Of a stretch of 64,000 nucleotides of DNA, positions 53,353-63,942 are shown piece after piece. Under the pieces are notes generated by a model. The model was given only the letters and a program-made list of their open reading frames with translations, had not been told where the DNA came from and did no database searches. Position 1 is the first letter of the stretch, and each line of letters opens with the position of its first letter. The stretch lies in the sequence record OQ721911, one strand, 5' to 3'. This stretch comes from Escherichia phage vB_VIPECOOM03. A program made the translations under genes and the position numbers.

Positions 53353-56300
53353 ATGGCCGAGATTAAAAGAAAGTTCAGAGCAGAAGACGGTCTGGACGCA
53401 GGTGGCGATAAAATAATCAACGTAGCTTTAGCTGATCGTACCGTAGGAACTGACGGTGTTAACGTTGATTACTTAATTCAAGAAAACACAGTTCAACAAT
53501 ATGATCCAACTCGTGGATATTTAAAAGATTTTGTAATCATTTATAATAATCGTTTTTGGGCAGCAACGGATAATATTCCAAAACCTGCTGGAAGTTTTAA
53601 TAGAATTCGTTGGAAAGCATTACGTACTGATGCCGTATATACAACCGTATCATCTGGACCATATCAATTAAAATCCGGAGAAGCAATTTCAGTAGATACA
53701 TCAGTTGGTAATGACATTGAGTTTAATTTACCACCTTCTCCGCTTGATGGAGAAACCGTAATAATTCAAGATATTGGTGGAAAACCTGGTATAAATCAGG
53801 TTAAAATAAATTCTTCAAATCAGAGTATTGTTAATTTTAGAGGTGAACAAGTACGTTCAGTTCTAATGACTCATCCAAAGTCACAGATGATATTCATTTT
53901 TAATAATCGTTTGTGGCAAATGTATGTTGCTGATTATAGCAGAGAAGCTGCGATTGTTACTCCATCGACTGCATATCAAGCACAATCTAATGATTTTATC
54001 GTGCGTAGATTTACTTCCGCTGCGCCGATTAATATTAAACTTCCGAGATTTGCTAATCATGGCGATATTATTAATTTCGTTGATTTAGATAAATTAAATC
54101 CACTTTATCATACAATTGTCACAACATATGATGAAACAACTTCAGTACAAGAAGTTGGAACTCATTCTATTGAAGGCCGTACATCGATTGACGGTTTCTT
54201 GATGTTTGATGATAATGAAAAATTATGGAGATTGTTTGACGGGGATAGTAAAGCACGTTTACGCATTATAACGACTAATTCAAACATTCGTCCAAATGAA
54301 GAAGTTATGGTATTTGGTGCGAATAATGGAACAACTCAAACAATTGAGCTTCAGCTTCCAACTAATATTTCTGTTGGTGATACTGTTAAAATTTCCATGA
54401 ATTACATGAGAAAAGGACAAACAGTTAAAATCAAAGCTGCTGGTGAAGATAAAATTGCTTCTTCAGTTCAATTGCTGCAATTCCCAAAACGCTCAGAATA
54501 TCCACCTGAAGCTGAATGGGTGACTGTTCAAGAATTAGTTTTTAACGGTGAAACTAATTATGTTCCAGTTTTACAACTTGCTTATATAGAAGATTCTGAC
54601 GGAAAATACTGGGTTGTACAGCAAAACGTTCCAACTGTTGAAAGAGTCGATTCTTTAAATAATTCTACTAGAGCAAGATTAGGCGTAATTGCTTTAGCTA
54701 CACAAGCCCAAGCTAACGTCGATTTAGAAAATTCTCCACAAAAAGAATTAGCAATTACTCCAGAAACATTAGCTAACCGTACTGCTACAGAAACTCGCAG
54801 AGGTATCGCAAGAATAGCAACTACTGCTCAAGTAAATCAGAACACTACATTCTCTTTTGCTGATGACCTTATCATCACTCCTAAAAAGCTGAATGAAAGA
54901 ACTGCTACAGAAACTCGCAGAGGTGTTGCTGAAATTGCTACGCAGCAGGAAACTAATACAGGTACTGATGATACTACAATCATCACTCCTAAAAAGCTTC
55001 AAGCTCGTCAAGGTTCTGAAACATTATCGGGTATTGTAACTTTTGTATCTACCGCAGGAGCTACTCCAGCTTCTAGTCGTGAATTAAATGGTACAAATGT
55101 TTATAATAAAAATACTAATAATTTAGTTGTTTCGCCTAAAGCTTTGGATCAGTATAAAGCTACTCCAACACAGCAAGGTGCAGTAATTTTAGCAGTTGAA
55201 AGTGAAGTAATTGCTGGACAAAGCCAAGAAGGATGGGCAAATGCGGTTGTAACGCCAGAAACGTTACATAAAAAGACATCAACTGATGGAAGAATTGGTT
55301 TAATTGAGATTGCTACGCAAAGCGAAGTTAATACAGGAACTGATTATACTCGTGCAGTCACTCCTAAAACTTTAAATGACCGTAAAGCAACTGAAAGTTT
55401 AAGTGGTATAGCTGAAATTGCTACACAAGTTGAATTCGACGCAGGTGTCGACGATACTCGTATCTCTACACCATTAAAAATTAAAACCAGATTTAATAGT
55501 ACTGATCGTACTTCTGTTGTTGCTCTATCTGGATTAGTTGAATCAGGAACTCTCTGGGACCATTATACCCTTAATATTCTTGAAGCAAATGAGACACAAC
55601 GTGGTACACTTCGTGTAGCTACACAAGTTGAAGCTGCTGCAGGAACATTGGATAATGTTCTAATAACTCCTAAAAAGCTTTTAGGTACTAAATCTACTGA
55701 AGCGCAGGAAGGTGTTATTAAAGTTGCAACTCGGTCTGAAACTGTAGCTGGAACGTCAGCAAATACTGCTGTATCTCCAAAAAATTTAAAATGGATTGTG
55801 CAGAGTGAACCTACTTGGGCAGCTACTACTGCGATAAGAGGTTTTGTTAAAACCTCATCCGGTTCAATTACATTCGTTGGTAATGATACAGCTGGTTCTA
55901 CGCAGGACTTAGAACTATATGAGAAAAATAACTATGCAGTATCACCATATGAATTAAACCGCGTATTAGCAAATTATTTGCCGTTAAAAGCAAAAGCTGT
56001 AGATAGTAATTTATTAGATGGTTTAGATTCACTCCAGTTCATTCGTAGGGATATTGCGCAGACGGTTAATGGTTCACTAACCTTAACGCAACAAACGAAT
56101 CTGAGTGCCCCTCTTGTATCATCTAGTACTGCTACGTTTGGTGGATCAGTTTCGGCAAATAGTACATTAACTATTTCTAATACTGGAACGGCAACTCGTC
56201 TGATTTTTGAAAAAGGGCCTCAAACTGGGACGAACCCAGCTCAAACGATGACAGTCAGAGTGTGGGGAAATCAATTCAGCAGTGAATCGGACACAACACG

Positions 56301-57222
56301 TTCTACTGTATTTGAAGTTAGTGATGAAACGTCTAGTCACTTTTATTCTCAGCGCAATAAAGCTGGTAATATAACATTTAATATAAACGGTACAGTAACG
56401 CCGATAAATGTGAATGCTTCAGGAACATTGAATGCGAATGGCGTTGCAACATTCGGTAGTTCAGTTACTGCTAATGGCGAATTTATCAGTAAATCATCGA
56501 ATGCTTTTAGAGCAATAAACGGTGATTATGGATTCTTTATTCGTAATGATGGTGCTAACACCTATTTTATGCTTACTGCATCTGGTGATCAGACCGGTGA
56601 ATTTAATGGATTACGTCCTTTATCTATTAATAATGCATCTGGTCAAGTAACGATTGGTGAAAGCTTAATCATTGCCAAAGGTGCTACTATAAATTCAGGC
56701 GGTTTGACTGTTAACTCGAGAATTCGTTCTCAGGGTACTAAAACATCTGATTTATACACCCGTGCCCCAACATCTGATACTGTAGGATTCTGGTCAATAG
56801 ATATTAACGATTCAGCCACTTATAACCAGTTCCCGGGTTATTTTAAAATGGTTGAAAAAACTAATGAAGTGACTGGACTTCCATACTTAGAACGTGGCGA
56901 AGAAGTTAAATCTCCCGGTACATTGACTCAGTTTGGTAACACACTTGATTCGCTTTACCAAGATTGGATTACTTATCCAACTACCCCAGAAGCGCGCACC
57001 ACTCGCTGGACACGCACATGGCAGAAAACCAAAAACTCTTGGTCAAGTTTTGTTCAGGTATTTGATGGGGGTAACCCTCCTCAACCTTCGGATATAGGAG
57101 CGATCCCATCTGATAACGGAATAATAGGTAATCTTACTATTCGTGATTTCTTGCGAATTGGTAATGTTCGCATTATTCCTGACCCAGTGAATAAAACTGT
57201 TAAATTTGAGTGGATTGAGTAA
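53353..57222 (+). CDS. 34: Long tail fibre proximal subunit gp34
   Basis: 1289-aa ORF, same length as T4 gp34; internal repeated motifs (TPKKL...ATETRRG...IAT). Confidence 0.95.
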   Translation: MAEIKRKFRAEDGLDAGGDKIINVALADRTVGTDGVNVDYLIQENTVQQYDPTRGYLKDFVIIYNNRFWAATDNIPKPAGSFNRIRWKALRTDAVYTTVSSGPYQLKSGEAISVDTSVGNDIEFNLPPSPLDGETVIIQDIGGKPGINQVKINSSNQSIVNFRGEQVRSVLMTHPKSQMIFIFNNRLWQMYVADYSREAAIVTPSTAYQAQSNDFIVRRFTSAAPINIKLPRFANHGDIINFVDLDKLNPLYHTIVTTYDETTSVQEVGTHSIEGRTSIDGFLMFDDNEKLWRLFDGDSKARLRIITTNSNIRPNEEVMVFGANNGTTQTIELQLPTNISVGDTVKISMNYMRKGQTVKIKAAGEDKIASSVQLLQFPKRSEYPPEAEWVTVQELVFNGETNYVPVLQLAYIEDSDGKYWVVQQNVPTVERVDSLNNSTRARLGVIALATQAQANVDLENSPQKELAITPETLANRTATETRRGIARIATTAQVNQNTTFSFADDLIITPKKLNERTATETRRGVAEIATQQETNTGTDDTTIITPKKLQARQGSETLSGIVTFVSTAGATPASSRELNGTNVYNKNTNNLVVSPKALDQYKATPTQQGAVILAVESEVIAGQSQEGWANAVVTPETLHKKTSTDGRIGLIEIATQSEVNTGTDYTRAVTPKTLNDRKATESLSGIAEIATQVEFDAGVDDTRISTPLKIKTRFNSTDRTSVVALSGLVESGTLWDHYTLNILEANETQRGTLRVATQVEAAAGTLDNVLITPKKLLGTKSTEAQEGVIKVATRSETVAGTSANTAVSPKNLKWIVQSEPTWAATTAIRGFVKTSSGSITFVGNDTAGSTQDLELYEKNNYAVSPYELNRVLANYLPLKAKAVDSNLLDGLDSLQFIRRDIAQTVNGSLTLTQQTNLSAPLVSSSTATFGGSVSANSTLTISNTGTATRLIFEKGPQTGTNPAQTMTVRVWGNQFSSESDTTRSTVFEVSDETSSHFYSQRNKAGNITFNINGTVTPINVNASGTLNANGVATFGSSVTANGEFISKSSNAFRAINGDYGFFIRNDGANTYFMLTASGDQTGEFNGLRPLSINNASGQVTIGESLIIAKGATINSGGLTVNSRIRSQGTKTSDLYTRAPTSDTVGFWSIDINDSATYNQFPGYFKMVEKTNEVTGLPYLERGEEVKSPGTLTQFGNTLDSLYQDWITYPTTPEARTTRWTRTWQKTKNSWSSFVQVFDGGNPPQPSDIGAIPSDNGIIGNLTIRDFLRIGNVRIIPDPVNKTVKFEWIE

Positions 57223-57230
57223 GAGGTATT

Positions 57231-58346
57231 ATGGAAAAATTTATGGCAGAGTTTGGACAAGGATACGTCCAAACGCCATTTTTATCGGAAAGTAATTCAG
57301 TAAGATATAAAATAAGTATAGCGGGTTCTTGCCCGCTTTCTACAGCAGGACCGTATGTTAAATTTCAGGATAATCCTGTCGGAAATCAAACATTTAGCGC
57401 AGGTCTTCATTTAAGAGTTTTTGACCCTTCAACAGGAGCATTAGTTGATAGTAAGTCATATGCTTTTTCTACTTCAAATAATACTACATCAGCTGCTTTT
57501 GTTAGTTTCATGAATTCTTTGTCAAACAATAGACTTGTTGCTATATTAACTAGCGGAAAGGTTAATTTTCCTCCTGAAGTGATATCTTGGTTAAGGGGAG
57601 CAGGAACTTCAGTTTTTCCATCAGATTCAGTATTGTCAAGATTTGACGTATCATATGCTGCTTTTTATACTTCTTCTAAAAGAGCTATTGCATTAGAGCA
57701 TGTTAAACTAAGTAATAGAAAAAGCACAGATGATTATCAAACTATTTTAGATGTTGTATTTGATAGTTTAGAAGACGTCGGAGCTACGGGATTTCCTAAA
57801 AGAACATATGAAAGTGTCGAGCAATTTATGTCAGCGGTTGGTGGAACTAATAACGAAATTGCGCGATTGCCAACTTCAGCTGCTATAAGTAAACTATCTG
57901 ATTATAATTTAATTCCTGGCGATGTTCTTTATCTTAAAGCACAGTTATATGCTGATGCTGATTTACTTGATCTTGGAACTACAAACATATCCATTCGTTT
58001 TTATGATGCATCAAATGGATATATTTCCTCTACCCAAGCTGAGTTTACTGGGCAAGCTGGGTCTTGGGAATTAAAGGAAGATTATGTAGTTGTTCCTGAA
58101 AATGCAGTCGGATTTACTATATATGCGCAGAGAACTGCTCAAGCTGGTCAAGGCGGAATGAGGAATTTAAGCTTTTCTGAAGTATCAAGAAATGGCGGCA
58201 TTTCAAAACCTGCCGAATTTGGCGTCAACGGTATTCGTGTTAATTATATCTGTGAATCGGCTTCACCTCCAGATATAATGGTACTTCCTACACAAGCCTC
58301 TTCTAAAACTGGCAAAGTGTTTGGGCAAGAATTTAGAGAAGTTTAA
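57231..58346 (+). CDS. 35: Long tail fibre hinge connector gp35
   Basis: 371-aa ORF, size and position as T4 gp35. Confidence 0.9.
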   Translation: MEKFMAEFGQGYVQTPFLSESNSVRYKISIAGSCPLSTAGPYVKFQDNPVGNQTFSAGLHLRVFDPSTGALVDSKSYAFSTSNNTTSAAFVSFMNSLSNNRLVAILTSGKVNFPPEVISWLRGAGTSVFPSDSVLSRFDVSYAAFYTSSKRAIALEHVKLSNRKSTDDYQTILDVVFDSLEDVGATGFPKRTYESVEQFMSAVGGTNNEIARLPTSAAISKLSDYNLIPGDVLYLKAQLYADADLLDLGTTNISIRFYDASNGYISSTQAEFTGQAGSWELKEDYVVVPENAVGFTIYAQRTAQAGQGGMRNLSFSEVSRNGGISKPAEFGVNGIRVNYICESASPPDIMVLPTQASSKTGKVFGQEFREV

Positions 58347-58351
58347 ACTGA

Positions 58352-58375
58352 GGGAGCCTTCGGGTTCCCTTTTTC
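58352..58375 (+). terminator. Rho-independent terminator after gene 35 (copy 1)
   Basis: GGGAGCC-ttcg-GGTTCCC (one G-U pair) followed by TTTTTCTTT. Confidence 0.7.
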
Positions 58376-58478
58376 TTTATGAATCGGCTTCACCTCCAGA
58401 TATAATGGTACTTCCTACACAAGCCTCTTCTAAAACTGGCAAAGTGTTTGGGCAAGAATTTAGAGAAGTTTAAACTGA

Positions 58479-58502
58479 GGGAGCCTTCGGGTTCCCTTTT
58501 TC
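58479..58502 (+). terminator. Rho-independent terminator (copy 2, within duplicated unit)
   Basis: Identical hairpin plus T-run 127 bp downstream of copy 1. Confidence 0.65.
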
Positions 58503-58504
58503 TT

Positions 58505-58512
58505 TATAAATA
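58505..58512 (+). promoter_or_regulatory. T4-type late promoter (TATAAATA) for gene 36
   Basis: Exact TATAAATA straddling the end of the second repeat unit, about 24 bp upstream of gene 36 ATG; the equivalent junction after copy 1 reads TTTATGAA and is not a promoter. Confidence 0.65.
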
Positions 58513-58535
58513 ATATTAAAATAAAGGGGCATATA

Positions 58536-59192
58536 ATGGCTGATTTAAAAGTAGGTTCAACTGTGGGTGGATCTGTCATTTGGCATCAAGGAAATTTTCC
58601 ATTGAATTCAGCCGGTGACGATGTACTCTACAAATCATTTAAAATATATTCAGAATATAATAAACCGCAGGCAGCTGATAACGATTTCGTTTCTAAAGCT
58701 AATGGCGGTACGTATTTAAATAAAGTAATTTTTAATAAAGGAATGACTGTTCCTGGTGCAGGGTCAGGTGACAATGGTATTTTTGCTGGTCCTGGTGATA
58801 ATGCCACGTATGATACTACAAATATGGATATTGTTTCGTGGTATGGTATTGGTTTTAAATCATCACAGGGTTCAGCGGGTAGAACTGTAGTAATTAACAC
58901 GCGAAATGGAGATATTAGCTCAAAGGGTGTAATTGAAGCATCACAAATACGCGCAACTTCATTATCACCAGTAAATAATTATGACCTTACACGGAAAGAT
59001 TATGTTGATGGAGCAATAAATATTGTTACAGCAAACGCAAACTCTAGAGTATTACGCTCTGGAGACACTATGACAGGAAATTTGACTGCGCCAAACCTTT
59101 TTTCACAGAATCCTGCATCTCAACCTTCACATGTTCCACGATTTGATCAAATTGTTATTAAGGATTCTGTTCAAGATTTCGGCTATTATTAA
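58536..59192 (+). CDS. 36: Long tail fibre distal connector gp36
   Basis: 218-aa ORF, size and position as T4 gp36. Confidence 0.9.
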   Translation: MADLKVGSTVGGSVIWHQGNFPLNSAGDDVLYKSFKIYSEYNKPQAADNDFVSKANGGTYLNKVIFNKGMTVPGAGSGDNGIFAGPGDNATYDTTNMDIVSWYGIGFKSSQGSAGRTVVINTRNGDISSKGVIEASQIRATSLSPVNNYDLTRKDYVDGAINIVTANANSRVLRSGDTMTGNLTAPNLFSQNPASQPSHVPRFDQIVIKDSVQDFGYY

Positions 59193-59200
59193 GAGGACTT

Positions 59201-62149
59201 ATGGCTACTTTAAAACAAATACAATTTAAAAGAAGCAAAACCGCAGGTCAACTTCCTGCTGCTTCAGTATTAGCCGAAGGTGAATTGGCTATTAATTTAA
59301 AAGATAAAGCAATTTTCACAAAAGATGATTCAGGCAATGTTATAGAATTAGGTTTAAAATATGGAGGAACAATTGATGGTTCTTTAACTGTTAATGGAAA
59401 TATAACTGGAACTTTAATTGGAAATTCTAGCACAGCTACTAAATTGCAAACACCTAGGAAAATTAATGGTATATCCTTTGATGGGTCAAAAGATATCACG
59501 CTAACTCCATCTGACATAAATGTCAATAGCACAACGTTTATAAAAAATAACGGCGAATTACCGGTTGATGCTAATTTAGATGAGTATGGGCCTGTTGAAG
59601 AATATCTTGGGGTTTGGTCGAAATCTACTTCAACAAATGCGCAACCGGCAAATAAATTCCCAGAAGAAAATGCCGTAGGTGTACTAGAAGTATTTGTGGC
59701 CGGTCAATTTGCTGGTACTCAGAGATATACTGTAAGATCTGGTAACGTATATGTTCGATCTTTGTCTGCTAAATGGAACGGTGTTAACGGTCCGTGGGGA
59801 GTTTGGCGTAATGTTCAAGCGTCAACTCGTCCACTTTCACAAACGATTGACCTTGATAGCTTGGGAGAATTAGAACATTGCGGCTTATGGCGAAATAGTT
59901 CAAGTGCTATTGCATCATTTGATCGCCATTATCCAGAAGAAGGATCAGCCGCACAAGGATTTTTAGAAATATTTGAAGGTGGTTTATACACGAGAACGCA
60001 GCGATATACTACCCGCATGGGTATGGTTTATACTCGTTGTCTCGCTGCCGCATGGGATGCTAGCGCACCCAAGTGGGAGGAATGGAAGCAGGTTGGTCAT
60101 GGCACACCAGCGACTTTTTATGATGGAGATCTGAATGATTTTAAAACTCCTGGGTTATATAATATTTTAGGCACTGATGCCGTTATTAATTGCCCTACAG
60201 GTGAAGGTTTACCAGCCGTTATTGTTGGTTTGCTAGAAGTTAAACAGCGTGCTTCTGGTGGTGCTATTTTCCAAAAATTTACTACTGCCGGAACGGGTGA
60301 AACTACTCGCGATCGTATTTTTGAGCGTGCATATACTGGTGGTGCGTGGGGTGCATGGAACGAAGTATATACATCTTATTCTCTGCCAATTACTTTGGGT
60401 ATGGGTGGTATTAAAGCTCAATTATCGGAGTTAGATTGGCAAACCTTTGATTTTGTTCCTGGTAGTATGTTTAGCGTTCCTTTGAACAAAATAAAGAATA
60501 TGCCAGCAAATATGGATTGGGGCACGATTGATGGAAACCTGGTTATGTTTTCCGTTGGTCCTAGCGAACATACTGGCACAGGACGTACTGTTCAGGTTTG
60601 GCGTGGTACTGTATCCCAGACAAACTACCGTTATTTTGTTGTGCGTATAGCTGGAAATCCAGGAAACAGGACTAACACTTGTCGCCGTGTTGTTCTTGAA
60701 GACGGATCACATACTTGGACTGCTCAACAAAACTTTAGGGGATTGCTAAATATCACCGCTGATATTAATCTTGGTGCTAATAAGAAAATTTCAATTGCTC
60801 CGGGAGCATATATTCAAGGCCCTGCTAGCGGTTCTGGTTCAAATACTTACGCAAATCAGAATACTACTATTGCGCCATTATATCAGGCCATTGACGATTC
60901 AAATAAAAACCAGTTTGCTCCTATTGTAAAACAGAAAAACACTGTAACAAATATTACTATGGCTTCTGGTATGGATATTGCTAGTTCAGAATATCGTATC
61001 ATTGCTCAAGGTGATTTATCCGCTACTGGAACTACAGCTAATGAATTAGCTACATGGCGTTTCTTGCCGTCTGGCCGATTCATGTCACAAAGTCGAGTTT
61101 ATGCTGGCGCAGCATTCTTGAACACTGATGGTAACATTGCTGGTTCAATCTGGAAGAAATACAACGATGCAACCAACTTAGACGCTGCTTTGAATACTCG
61201 CGTAGGTAAAAGCGGTGATATTATGACCGGACGCTTGACAATTCAAAGCCCAGGTGATTCTATTGTATTATCAGCACCTGCTAGTAATTCTTTGCATATT
61301 CGTGGTGACGTAGACGGGACTGGTAACTGGTATATTGGTAAGGGTGGTGATGATAATGGATTAGCGTTCTATAGTTATGCTACTAATGCTGGTGTATACA
61401 TTACAAACGCAGGAGATATCACGCTAAGTCCAAAAGGCGTCGAAATGGCTCATGTCAATAACATTCGATTATATGTTCATGGTGAACGTTGGACCGCTAG
61501 TCAACCAGGTGATTGGGGCAACCAATGGCGAGTAGAAGCGCCAATATTCGTCGATCATGGTTATGTTGGATCAGATAGCTATTATCCAATTATTAAAGGA
61601 AGAAGTGTAGTCACCAATCAAGGGTTTGTAACTGCCGTCGATCTTGGTATTCGTCGTGTCCCTAATAATTGGGGACAAGCAATTATTCGTGTTGGATCTG
61701 CGGAGGCATCGCCAGCGGCTGGACACCCTAACGCGGTATTTGAATTTCATTACGACGGTACTTTCTATTCTCCTGGTAATGGTAACTTTAACGATGTGTA
61801 TATTCGTTCCGATGGTCGACTTAAGATCAATAAAGAAGAGTTAGAAAACGGAGCACTTGAAAAAGTATGCCGACTGAAGGTTTATACATACGATAAGGTT
61901 AAGTCTATTAAAGATCGTAGTGTTATTAAACGTGAAGTTGGTATTATTGCTCAGGATCTTGAAAAAGAATTACCGGAAGCTGTGTCTAAAGTTGAAGTTG
62001 ATGGATCTGATGTTCTGACAATTTCTAACTCCGCTGTGAATGCTCTTTTAATTAAGGCTATCCAAGAAATGAGCGAAGAAATTAAAGAATTAAAAACGCC
62101 TTTCTTCACTAAAATTGCTCGCAAAATTAGTAATTATTTTAAATTCTAA
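59201..62149 (+). CDS. 37: Long tail fibre distal subunit gp37 with C-terminal intramolecular-chaperone-like domain
   Basis: 982-aa ORF; conserved N-terminus [20 protein letters not shown]; C-terminal ~110 aa ([20 protein letters not shown]...[15 protein letters not shown]...) resembles self-cleaving chaperone domains of tail spikes/fibres. Confidence 0.9.
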   Translation: MATLKQIQFKRSKTAGQLPAASVLAEGELAINLKDKAIFTKDDSGNVIELGLKYGGTIDGSLTVNGNITGTLIGNSSTATKLQTPRKINGISFDGSKDITLTPSDINVNSTTFIKNNGELPVDANLDEYGPVEEYLGVWSKSTSTNAQPANKFPEENAVGVLEVFVAGQFAGTQRYTVRSGNVYVRSLSAKWNGVNGPWGVWRNVQASTRPLSQTIDLDSLGELEHCGLWRNSSSAIASFDRHYPEEGSAAQGFLEIFEGGLYTRTQRYTTRMGMVYTRCLAAAWDASAPKWEEWKQVGHGTPATFYDGDLNDFKTPGLYNILGTDAVINCPTGEGLPAVIVGLLEVKQRASGGAIFQKFTTAGTGETTRDRIFERAYTGGAWGAWNEVYTSYSLPITLGMGGIKAQLSELDWQTFDFVPGSMFSVPLNKIKNMPANMDWGTIDGNLVMFSVGPSEHTGTGRTVQVWRGTVSQTNYRYFVVRIAGNPGNRTNTCRRVVLEDGSHTWTAQQNFRGLLNITADINLGANKKISIAPGAYIQGPASGSGSNTYANQNTTIAPLYQAIDDSNKNQFAPIVKQKNTVTNITMASGMDIASSEYRIIAQGDLSATGTTANELATWRFLPSGRFMSQSRVYAGAAFLNTDGNIAGSIWKKYNDATNLDAALNTRVGKSGDIMTGRLTIQSPGDSIVLSAPASNSLHIRGDVDGTGNWYIGKGGDDNGLAFYSYATNAGVYITNAGDITLSPKGVEMAHVNNIRLYVHGERWTASQPGDWGNQWRVEAPIFVDHGYVGSDSYYPIIKGRSVVTNQGFVTAVDLGIRRVPNNWGQAIIRVGSAEASPAAGHPNAVFEFHYDGTFYSPGNGNFNDVYIRSDGRLKINKEELENGALEKVCRLKVYTYDKVKSIKDRSVIKREVGIIAQDLEKELPEAVSKVEVDGSDVLTISNSAVNALLIKAIQEMSEEIKELKTPFFTKIARKISNYFKF

Positions 62150-62154
62150 CAACA

Positions 62155-62170
62155 AGGGGCTTTGCCCCTT
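62155..62170 (+). terminator. Hairpin after gene 37 (GGGGC-tttg-CCCC)
   Basis: Short GC stem-loop followed by TTTGG; weak terminator or RNA processing site. Confidence 0.4.
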
Positions 62171-62181
62171 TGGAGAAAATT

Positions 62182-62982
62182 ATGGCAGTAGTTGGTGTTC
62201 CCGGTTGGATTGGAAGTTCATCTGTAAATGAAACAGGACAACGATGGATGAGTCAAGCGGCTGGTCAATTAAGATTGGGTGTTCCTTGCTGGATGAGCCA
62301 ATTCGCCGGACGCTCAAGAGAGATTATTCATACCGTAACAGCAAACCATAACTTTAATGGTCAATGGTTCCGCGACCGTTGCTTTGAAGCTGGCGGTGCA
62401 CCCATTGTATTCAATATTGTTGGTGATATCGTTTCTTATTCTAAAGATGTGCCACTTTTCTTTATGTATGGGGATACGCCTAATGAATATGTTGTTCTTA
62501 ATATTCATGGCGGTGTTCATATGTGGGGTCGTGGTGGTAATGGTGGATACACTCACTCAGGAGGCGACGGTAACGGTACACAAGGCGGTCATGTTATTCA
62601 AAATGATATCGGTGGACGGCTTCGTATTTGGAACTACGGTGTTATAGCTGCTGGCGGTGGTGGTGGTGGCGGTATTGCATATCGTCCACACTCAGGGGCA
62701 AACTGGCAAGATATCGGTGGCGGTGGCGGTCGACCTTTCGGTGGTGCTGGCGGTGGCGGTTATTCCGGTGGTGCTGCTTCGTATGAAGGTCCGGGTGGTG
62801 GTTATGACTATGGTAACGCACACTCCGGCGCAGGCGGTAATGCTGGTGCTGCTGGTCAGAATGCATGGTATGACGGCGGTAAAGTTCTTAAAGTTGGTGT
62901 TGGTGGTGCGTCTGGTCATGCAGTGTTTGGATCTTCTCCAACTTGGGGTGCTGTTGGAACAATTTACGGACCAAGAGTATAA
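62182..62982 (+). CDS. 38: Receptor-recognising adhesin gp38 (T2-type, glycine-rich motifs)
   Basis: ATG at 62182 with GGAG RBS gives 266 aa starting [13 protein letters not shown]; C-terminal half contains several poly-Gly blocks ([21 protein letters not shown]) separated by variable segments. Confidence 0.88.
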   Translation: MAVVGVPGWIGSSSVNETGQRWMSQAAGQLRLGVPCWMSQFAGRSREIIHTVTANHNFNGQWFRDRCFEAGGAPIVFNIVGDIVSYSKDVPLFFMYGDTPNEYVVLNIHGGVHMWGRGGNGGYTHSGGDGNGTQGGHVIQNDIGGRLRIWNYGVIAAGGGGGGGIAYRPHSGANWQDIGGGGGRPFGGAGGGGYSGGAASYEGPGGGYDYGNAHSGAGGNAGAAGQNAWYDGGKVLKVGVGGASGHAVFGSSPTWGAVGTIYGPRV

Positions 62983-63012
62983 TTTGAATAAATATCCTTA
63001 AAAGGAGGGTCT

Positions 63013-63669
63013 ATGGCAGCACCTAGAATATCATTTTCGCCCTCTGATATTCTGTTGGGTGTTCTAGATCGCTTGTTCAAAGATAATGCTACCGGGAAAG
63101 TTCTTGCTTCCCGGGTAGCTGTCGTAATTCTTTTGTTTATAATGGCGATTGTTTGGTATAGGGGAGATAGTTTCTTTGAGTACTATAAGCAATCAAAGTA
63201 TGAAACATACAGTGAAATTATTGAAAAGGAAAGAAATGCACGCTTTGAATCTGTCGCCCTGGAACAACTCCAGATAGTTCATATATCATCTGAGGCAGAC
63301 TTTAGTGCGGTGTATTCTTTCCGCCCTAAAAACTTAAACTATTTTGTTGATATTATAGCATATGAAGGAAAATTACCTTCAACAATAAGTGAAAAATCAC
63401 TTGGAGGATATCCTGTTGATAAAACTATGGATGAATATGCAGTTCATTTAAATGGACGTCATTATTATTCAAACTCAAAATTTGCTTTTTTACCAACTAA
63501 AAAGCCTACTCCCGAAATAAATTACATGTACAGTTGTCCATATTTTAATTTGGATAATATCTATGCTGGAACAATAACCATGTACTGGTATAGAAATGAT
63601 CATATAAGTAATGACCGCCTTGAATCAATATGTGCTCAGGCGGCCAGAATATTAGGAAGGGCTAAATAA
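63013..63669 (+). CDS. t: Holin T
   Basis: 218-aa ORF, same length as T4 holin; single TM segment (VAVVILLFIMAIVW) and large periplasmic domain. Confidence 0.93.
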   Translation: MAAPRISFSPSDILLGVLDRLFKDNATGKVLASRVAVVILLFIMAIVWYRGDSFFEYYKQSKYETYSEIIEKERNARFESVALEQLQIVHISSEADFSAVYSFRPKNLNYFVDIIAYEGKLPSTISEKSLGGYPVDKTMDEYAVHLNGRHYYSNSKFAFLPTKKPTPEINYMYSCPYFNLDNIYAGTITMYWYRNDHISNDRLESICAQAARILGRAK

Positions 63670-63942
63670 TTATTTGTTTGTATACATCTCTAGATATCGA
63701 TATACACCCTCAAAACCCTCGTTGAATTCGTCGATGAGGGTTTTCTTATCTTCTTGAGTTAATTCAGAAACAATTTTACGGAATGAATTCTGATTTAACT
63801 TTCTACCTTCATGCGTTACTCCAATCTCATTCAGAAATGCAATAAAATTAGCACGATTCTCAACAATATCTTCTCTGGAAAATTTAATCAAAATAGACGC
63901 AACAGTAATAATTTCACGAACTGTATCAATATTTTTATTCAT
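63670..63942 (-). CDS. asiA: Anti-sigma-70 factor AsiA
   Basis: 90-aa ORF; MNKNIDTVREIITVASILIKFSREDIVENRANFIAFLNEIG... recognised as T4 AsiA. Confidence 0.93.
   Translation of the reverse strand: MNKNIDTVREIITVASILIKFSREDIVENRANFIAFLNEIGVTHEGRKLNQNSFRKIVSELTQEDKKTLIDEFNEGFEGVYRYLEMYTNK

Larger units (their letters stand above)
58254..58507 (+). repeat. Perfect tandem direct duplication, 2 x 127 bp (58254-58380 and 58381-58507)
   Basis: The two units are identical base for base on reading the sequence; each carries the last 31 codons of gene 35, its stop and the downstream hairpin plus T-run. Confidence 0.9.

Noticed and set aside
58254-58507. Reading the 127-bp tandem repeat as a CRISPR-like or satellite array
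   Set aside because: Only two units, contiguous with no spacer, and the unit is plainly gene 35 3' end plus terminator; it is a segmental duplication rather than an array.
62314-63001. Several overlapping ORFs in other frames and strands across gene 38 (His/Arg-rich and Val/Leu-rich translations)
   Set aside because: These are artefacts of the GGT/GGC-rich glycine-block coding sequence of gp38; the gp38 frame has the RBS, an ATG and the expected product.
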